Assembly (NCBI GenBank): GCA_951406725.2
Contig: OX597817.1
Span: forward strand, 55,428,001 to 55,492,000
Length of the DNA: 64,000 nucleotides
DNA from: Octopus vulgaris
Taxonomy: Eukaryota
Reading direction: 5' to 3'
Below, one piece after another: positions 57,041 to 64,000 of the stretch. Below the pieces are notes generated by a model. That model was given only the letters and a program-made list of their open reading frames with translations. It ran no database searches and was not told where the DNA came from. The stretch's first letter is position 1. The number at the start of each line of letters is the position of its first letter. Made by a program: the position numbers and the translations under genes.

Positions 57041-57295
57041 GCTGGCACTCCGTCGGTTGCGACGACAAGGGCTCCACTTGATTCGATCAGCGGAACGGCT
57101 TGCTTATAAAATTAACTTGCAAGTGGCTGACACTCCACAGACACGTGTAACCGTAACGTAGTTCTCGGAGACTTAGCGTGACACAGAATGTGGCAAGGCT
57201 GGTTCTTTGAATTACAGGTGCAACTCACCTTTGGCAGCTGAATGAGAAACAGAGGAACGAGAAATAAAGCCTCTTGCTCAAGGACACAACACTCG
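57041..57295 (-). mobile_element. SINE family C, 5'-truncated
   Basis: Homology to 26261-26560 and 47705-48075. Confidence 0.8.
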
Positions 57296-57469
57296 GAATT
57301 TGTATTTTATAAATTCTAAACATTATTTTCGATTGAAAATCTTCAGTTTCTTCATAAACAATTTGGTTCGAACCTAGGGGAGAATCTGCTATATTGGTCA
57401 TTAATCTGTATCATATTATTTTATGTAGTTGGGAAGTTAAATTCTTAACACACAGCCAAACTTGCGCAT

Positions 57470-57518
<49 letters not shown>

Positions 57519-57650
57519 GTGTCTGTGTGTGTGCGTGTGTGTCTGTGTGTGTGTGTGTATGTGTGTGTGTGCGTGTGTGTGTGTATGTATGAATGTATGT
57601 ATGTATATTTGTGTTGCAAGATTCTTGACGTAAGACCGTCTGTTGAAACA

Positions 57651-57926
57651 GATATTGTTGTATTTCGAGTCATTTCTATTTTTTAATCTTTTCTAGCCAA
57701 ATAAACAGACGCACTGTATATTCGTTCTTCACTCGTTATAAAGAAATCATAGCAGGAGCACACATGAGGACGGAAGGTGTCACTGAAGAGGTCACAGATG
57801 TGTGACGAAAGATTTCCAGACAAGAGACACGAGTTAAAATACGAACAGTAATAAACGAGTGAATAACGAATATATATTGCGTGTGTTTATTTTGAAAAAA
57901 TGACCGTCCCGAAATACAACGATACA
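57651..57926. mobile_element. Foldback element (inverted arms ~57651-57738 / 57852-57926) with a hammerhead in the loop
   Basis: aaataaacagacgcactgtatattcgttcttcactcgtt versus aacgagtgaataacgaatatatattgcgtgtgtttattt; tgttgtatttcg versus cgaaatacaacg. Confidence 0.7.
57778..57822 (+). ncRNA. Type I hammerhead motif (imperfect stems I and III)
   Basis: tgtca CTGAAGA g gtcaca-gatg-tgtgac GAAA gat TTC cagaca; perfect 6-bp stem II. Confidence 0.6.
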
Positions 57927-57944
57927 CACACACATTAATGTATA

Positions 57945-57988
<44 letters not shown>

Positions 57989-58019
57989 TAGAGAGTAGCG
58001 ATTTTCTTCATTACTTTAG

Positions 58020-58385
58020 GGTGTGACGACCCTGCCTGACATGAGTCCCGGGCTCAGCTGGCTCCAGTTGACGGTACCCGGTATTGGCCCCTATCCAGGG
58101 TTACGGAAAGGAGACAACCTTGAAAGAAATCCGGAGTGGAGCCCCGTAGGCGGTTTAGTGTTCGACCCGACACTGATCCGGTAGCTCCTCCAACCAAGCT
58201 GGTGCGAAACGTAATGCTTTACACTCCTTTGGACTACGTCAGCAAGGTTAAGAGCGGAATCCTGACGATTGGGCGACCCAGGATTTTCTTTACATCTAGC
58301 CCAGGCCTGCACAAAACTGGAGTAAAAACCAGACTGGATTATTTTATGCTCAACTCCATTGTCTCCCGAGACAAAAAGATGCCAA
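58020..58385 (+). mobile_element. GC-rich LINE 5'-UTR-like fragment (probably RTE)
   Basis: GC-rich island with no credible protein; ggaaaggagacaaccttgaaagaaatcc resembles RTE 5' UTR motifs. Family assignment is tentative. Confidence 0.35.
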
Positions 58386-58407
58386 CAACAATTTATATAT
58401 ATATACA

Positions 58408-58606
58408 TCTAAAATAGGATAAAATTTTTCGAAAAAAAATTTATCAATAGCCAGCATATTAAAAAATACTTTTAAAGTTTAGATTTATAAATAACTTATA
58501 AACAATGGCAAAAGAAAGTGATGAATTATATGGTTATGGGCGATGTGTCTAGTTTCGGCATATTAGGCATTAGAAATTTGTTTCTTTTACCCTTGTTTAT
58601 AAGTTG
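58408..58606. mobile_element. Truncated foldback Penelope-like terminal repeat related to 3499-3970
   Basis: Inverted repeat aacttataaacaatggcaaaagaaa / tttcttttacccttgtttataagtt; loop has GAAACTAG on the minus strand; 58410-58470 matches the reverse complement of 3910-3965. Confidence 0.6.
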
Positions 58607-59016
58607 TATATATATATATATATTTATTTATGTATATACATAGTTCAAGAAATGCAGGAAATTTGAATGTTTCATTGTTTATTGCATTCTTTAACTGGCA
58701 CAGACAAACAATGGCAAGGAGCACATCGCGCTGGAACCGAAATCAAGACCTGTTCTTTCAGACAAGCCTCGCCATTCATATTCTTAGTCTCTTTAACCAA
58801 AGACCTCTTAAATCATTTTCCATTTTCTCCTTATCAATGATGGATTCTACTTAAATCACATCTCGCCCATTACGAGATTAAGGAGAGAATAGCTCCCCGC
58901 TCCACCCTCCACATTCTTATTCTCTCGCTTTACACACGTACAACACACATACATAGATAGACGAGCGCGCACACACACACATGTTGTTTGTATGCATGCA
59001 TATATACGTATAGGTA

Positions 59017-59050
<34 letters not shown>

Positions 59051-59058
59051 TGTGTATG

Positions 59059-59101
<43 letters not shown>

Positions 59102-59120
59102 ATATATATATTTATATATT

Positions 59121-59153
<33 letters not shown>

Positions 59154-59869
59154 ATATACACACACACACATAGATATATATGTATATGTATATTTATATT
59201 TATATATATACGCACACATGCATTTACATATACATATATGCCTATATATATACACACACACATTTATATATATATATATATATATGTAGGTATATATATG
59301 CATACGTATATATACACACTTATGTGTAAACACAAACACACACATATACATACATACATACATACATATATATATATATATGTGTGTGTGTATATACACT
59401 CACGTGTACACATACATACATATAAATATTATCTCTCTCCCTGTCTGTATGCATCAGCTTCTCTCCCGCTCTCTCTCCCTTTCTCTCGCTTTCTCCCTTT
59501 CCCTCTCTCTCCACCCTCTCTCTCTTTCTCTCTCTCGCTATGTTCCATCTGTTATGAAAGTCATTAGTAGTCGTTCTTTGATGTAATCCGGATAAAAGTG
59601 GAGGAGTGATAAACCGACTGGAAAGATCTTACAACGAACCGATCGATAATATAGAGCTTGAGTGATTGACTTTGCTTGGTTTCATCGGCACAGAACACCA
59701 CACAGCCAGCGCCACCAGCGCCACCAACGTGCACCGTCGGCGACACTAATGATATTATTACTGCCCCCCTCCGCCACCTCCTCCACCGCCACCACCACTC
59801 CACCTTAGATTCCCAACACCAGTCGACCACAACTTAACACATCACGACCGAAAACGCCACCACCGCCAC

Positions 59870-60065
59870 GACCACCAACACCAACGGCAACAACATTACC
59901 CCCCCCCCCGCCAACTTCCATACCATTCCACACCACCGTTCCACCTTTAGCATCGCCAACACCACCACCAGCACCATCACCACTAACAAAATTACCCCCC
60001 CCCCCAGCCTCGATACCATTCCACACCACCGTTCCAACTTGAGCATCGCCAACACCACCACCACC
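59870..60065. repeat. ~96-bp imperfect tandem duplication with poly-C runs
   Basis: attacc(C)n...ataccattccacaccaccgttcca...agcatcgccaacaccaccacc occurs twice. Confidence 0.8.
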
Positions 60066-60947
60066 ACCAACAGCACCACCACCACCATAACCACCACCAC
60101 CAACAACAACAACTACAACAACCATCACCACCACTTCCACTGCCACCATTACCCACTACTACCAGTGACACTACCACTACAATCACCGATATCATCACCT
60201 CCACTACCTCCAACACTACCATCACCACCACCACAGCACCACCACTACCACTACTACAAACCCCACCACCACTACCACCCACACCGACACCGACACTCCC
60301 ACCACCACCACCACCACCAGTACAACAACCATTACCTCGACATCTGAAGCGTCACCATCAACGATACCACATCAATACAGCCACTAGAGCATTACACTAC
60401 CACACCACTACCACAATATATACCACAACATAAACCACCGCATCAACATTGTCACCTACTACCACTACCAACTCCCGCCTCAATACTGTTGCCACCACTA
60501 CTACAGCATCACCATACTGCAATGCCTACCTCATCATCACCACGAGCAACAACACTATACTACAACACAAGCTTCAATAGCAACTACAACCAAAACTACA
60601 TCAAACAACAACTCGTGGCTAACACCAAAACACAAGGTACCACCACATCATAGGTACTAGACATGCTAGTATTTTCTGAATACCTGGGGCACGTTCTAGA
60701 CAATACAAACAAGTATTCGACGTAGGGTACCCGGTAATGATACGGAATGGTCACGGTTGGAATACATTTAGTAACAGATGTACATCAGGTTTGTCCTATG
60801 TTTGAAACAATAACAAAACAACTATAACCTATGTAAGTAACACCATCTGCGAGTCTCTATGTGGTGTCTCAAACTGTTAGTTATGGCAGCTAAATCTCCC
60901 TTATTTCAGGGAAATTATTTTTCGAGAAACGCCATGCTGGTTTACCC

Positions 60948-61162
60948 TTTACTCTTTTAGTCTTTTATTTGTTTCAGTCATTGGACTGCGGCCATGCTGG
61001 AGCAAAACTTTTAGTCGAGCAAATCGACCTCAAGACCTATGCTTTGTAAGTCTAGTATTTATTCTATCGGATCCTTTTGCCGAACCGCTAAGTTACGGGG
61101 ACGTAAACACAGCAGCATCGGTTGTCAAGCGATGTTGGGTGGGGGACAAACACAGACACACG

Positions 61163-61233
<71 letters not shown>

Positions 61234-61410
61234 GTATACGTATATCGACAGGCTTCTGTCAGTTTCTGTCTACCAAATTCTACTTACAAGGCTTTGGTCG
61301 GCCAGAGGCTATAGAACAATACACTTGCGCATGGTGCCCAAGGTACCATGCAGTGGGAGTGAACCCGGAAAGATGTGGTTGGTAAGCAAGCTTCTTACCA
61401 CACAACAACT
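60948..61410 (-). mobile_element. SINE family B
   Basis: Homologous to 17893-18306, with an expanded internal (CA)n(TA)n. Confidence 0.85.
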
Positions 61411-62239
61411 CTGCGTTTATGTATTTTGCTGCTGTGTTTGAGCAGAGGAAAATAAGGTGATGGTCACGGCTAGATGGTCCTTACTCATGGTATTCTAGAC
61501 AGATGTGGGTTGGTCTGGGTTTAAGTAAAAATGTCAACACGAAATCTCACACGGACCAGCAAGATTGTCACTGAAGGACGTCGCCATTGCACACTGTTTG
61601 ACCGACAACACCGCAAAGATCGGCACCGCCTCCCCACATCCGCCACCAGCTTGACCAAACACCATCATCACCACCACTACCACCACCACCAACAACAACC
61701 ACGCTACGTTAAGCACCGTCATCACCATCATCACCACCACCACTAACATCACCATCACTATCACCACCATCACCACTACCACGACCATCAACACCACGAC
61801 CATCACCACCACCACCTCCACTACCACCACCACCACTACTAATGGTACTACTACTTCAACTGCTACTACTACCACCACCACCACAACCAACAACAACATC
61901 ATCACCACCATCACCGCCACCATCACCAGTACCATCACCAACGATAAAACAGCACCGCCAACACCAGCTTGACCAAATACCATCATCTCCTCCACCAATC
62001 CCGCTACCACCACCAGCATCGACACAAACATCAGTACCTCACACACATACACACACACACACACAAACATCTCAGATACTAGCCCCACCGCAACTGCCAC
62101 GATTCTTGCCCTTTGACCCAAACCAAGATTACTGGCACCGATCCCACCACCATAAATGCCACTGCAGCTTGCGCCACCACCATAAATCACCACGCAAGCA
62201 ACAACACTAACAACAAAAATAGACAATATTGACTTCAAC

Positions 62240-62439
62240 TTTTGGCACAAATCCAGCAATTTCGCTAAGACGATTACATTGACCCCTGTGTTCTAACTGG
62301 TATTTATTTGATAGACCCCACGAAAGGATGAAAGACAAAGTCAACCTCGGCGTAATTTGAACTCAGAATGCGAAGACGGACAAAATCCCGTTGGGCCTTT
62401 TGTCCGGCATGTTAACGGTTCTGCCAGCTCTTCGCCTTC
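62240..62439 (-). mobile_element. SINE family A
   Basis: Core gaaaggatgaaagacaaagtcaacctcggcg...tttgaactcagaa; head ctgccagctc on the plus strand. Confidence 0.8.
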
Positions 62440-62467
62440 GAATAAATGCAGAAAATATTCTTCCTTC

Positions 62468-62656
62468 TCTAGGCACAAGGTCTGAAATTTCTGGGGAGAG
62501 GACACTTCGATTACATCGTCCCCAGTGTTCCACTGGTTCTTGTTTTATTGACTCCGAAAGGATGAAAGACAATGTCGATCTCGGCGGAATTTGAACTCAG
62601 AACGCGCTGAGCATTTTGCCCGGCATGCTAACGATTTCGCTAGCTTATCGCCTTAA
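62468..62656 (-). mobile_element. SINE family A
   Basis: Same core and head as the adjacent copy. Confidence 0.8.
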
Positions 62657-62689
62657 TAATAAAAGCAGTGGATATTGCCACCCCTGCTT

Positions 62690-62890
62690 TAAGGAAGAGA
62701 GCAGACAGGAGCTTTACTGCGCCGAGGGAAATGTTTAATGGCATTTCTTCTGACTCGACGTTCTGTGTTCAAATTCCGCCGCGTCCGAATTTGCTTTTTA
62801 TCCTTTAGGGGTCGATACAAGTAGTACCAGTTGAGCTCTGGAGTTGATGTAATCGACGAAGCCCCATCTCCCGAAATTGCAGACCTTGGA
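62690..62890 (+). mobile_element. SINE family A, inverted relative to its neighbours
   Basis: ttctgtgttcaaattccgccg...tcctttaggggtcgata...gtaccag. Confidence 0.75.
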
Positions 62891-63149
62891 CAAACCGTTG
62901 CTATCACTGGTACATACCAGCCTCCAACGAGCAGATCCTCATCATACAACCAATACTGCCATGAAAACTACTACCACCACCACCACAACCACCACCACCA
63001 ACACCACCACCATCACCACCACTGCTGACCTCCGCTCTCTTGCTCGAGCAGAAAGCGTCCTCAGAAAGAGGTGGAGGGAATGAGAGAGTGAGGAAATAAA
63101 CAAGATGAAGTATAGGGAGTGTTGTGGGGTGGAGAGAGAAAGAGAGAGG

Positions 63150-63181
<32 letters not shown>

Positions 63182-63227
63182 CCAAGGATGAAGAGAGAGG
63201 AAGGAAGAAGAGAGACAAGAAAATAGA

Positions 63228-63264
<37 letters not shown>

Positions 63265-63594
63265 GAGAGACGTGAAATCTGAAATGGCGAGGATGGCATC
63301 AGGCATTGACATCAATCAGCAATCACATTAAGAACTGTACCTCCTCATTACACATTAAATATAATAATGGTATTGGTGCTGGTGGTAAAGAAGATGGCTG
63401 CCGTGATAGTTTCCGTTGCTGCCGTTGATGGTGGTGGTGGTGGTGGTGGTAGGAAACACGAAAATAGTTGAGTTAACGGGTGGCATTGCTGTTATTATTA
63501 CTGTTGTGGTTGTAGTCGTTCTTGTTAGTACTGGTGATGGTGGTGGTGGTGGTGGTGGTGGTGGTGATGATGATAGTGAAAATGTTAATGGCTC

Positions 63595-63812
63595 TGACGA
63601 CCAGCTGGCAGAATCGTGAAGGACACTGGACACGAAATATTTAGCAACATATTTCGCTCGTTGCTACGTTCACAGTTCAAAATCCGCCGAGGTCAGTTAT
63701 GCTTTTCGTACTTTTGGGGTCGATAAATTAAGTACCAGTGAATCCCTGGGGTCGATATAATCGACTATTACCCTCCACCCAAATTTGAGGCCTTGTGCCT
63801 CCAGTAGAAACG

Positions 63813-63815
<3 letters not shown>
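63595..63815 (+). mobile_element. SINE family A with (ATT)n tail
   Basis: agctggcagaatcg...gttcaaaatccgccgagg...ccagtagaaacgattatt. Confidence 0.85.
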
Positions 63816-63863
<48 letters not shown>

Positions 63864-63887
63864 ACTATTATTATTATTATTATTATT

Positions 63888-64000
63888 GAGGCAGCAAACT
63901 GGCAAAGATGTGAGCAAGCTAGACGAAATGCTTAGCGGTATTTCACCCGGCAGAATCGTTAGCACGCCGGATGAAATGCTTAGCGGTATTTCGTCTGCCG
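63888..64000 (+). mobile_element. Doubled SINE family A head, running off the window
   Basis: gaaatgcttagcggtatttc occurs twice (~63926 and ~63973), directly after (ATT)n. Confidence 0.75.

Noticed and set aside
59588-59604. ccggataaaagtggagg recalls the 3' half of a plant twister ribozyme (from memory)
   Set aside because: Upstream sequence lacks the partner strands and conserved motifs; likely chance.

Overview
AT-rich, microsatellite-saturated eukaryotic DNA with no recognisable intact host gene. Nearly all listed ORFs are read-throughs of simple repeats. The repeat types (tRNA-headed SINEs, RTE, R4/Dong and CR1-type LINE relics, Penelope GIY-YIG, mariner) suggest an intronic or intergenic region of a coleoid cephalopod, probably Octopus; this is an inference. 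The most notable signal is a set of short Penelope-derived elements in (TA)n tracts carrying type I hammerhead ribozyme folds. Four are near-complete (3636-3689, 10274-10308, 25093-25185, 57778-57822), and two of these sit in the loop of long inverted repeats. Also notable are three near-identical ~560-bp non-coding elements in one (ATT)n tract, RLE-type LINE 3' ends that abut (TACA)n tracts, two non-autonomous Helitron copies, and an internally deleted mariner with intact TIRs. All structures were read by eye; no searches or folding programs were run.
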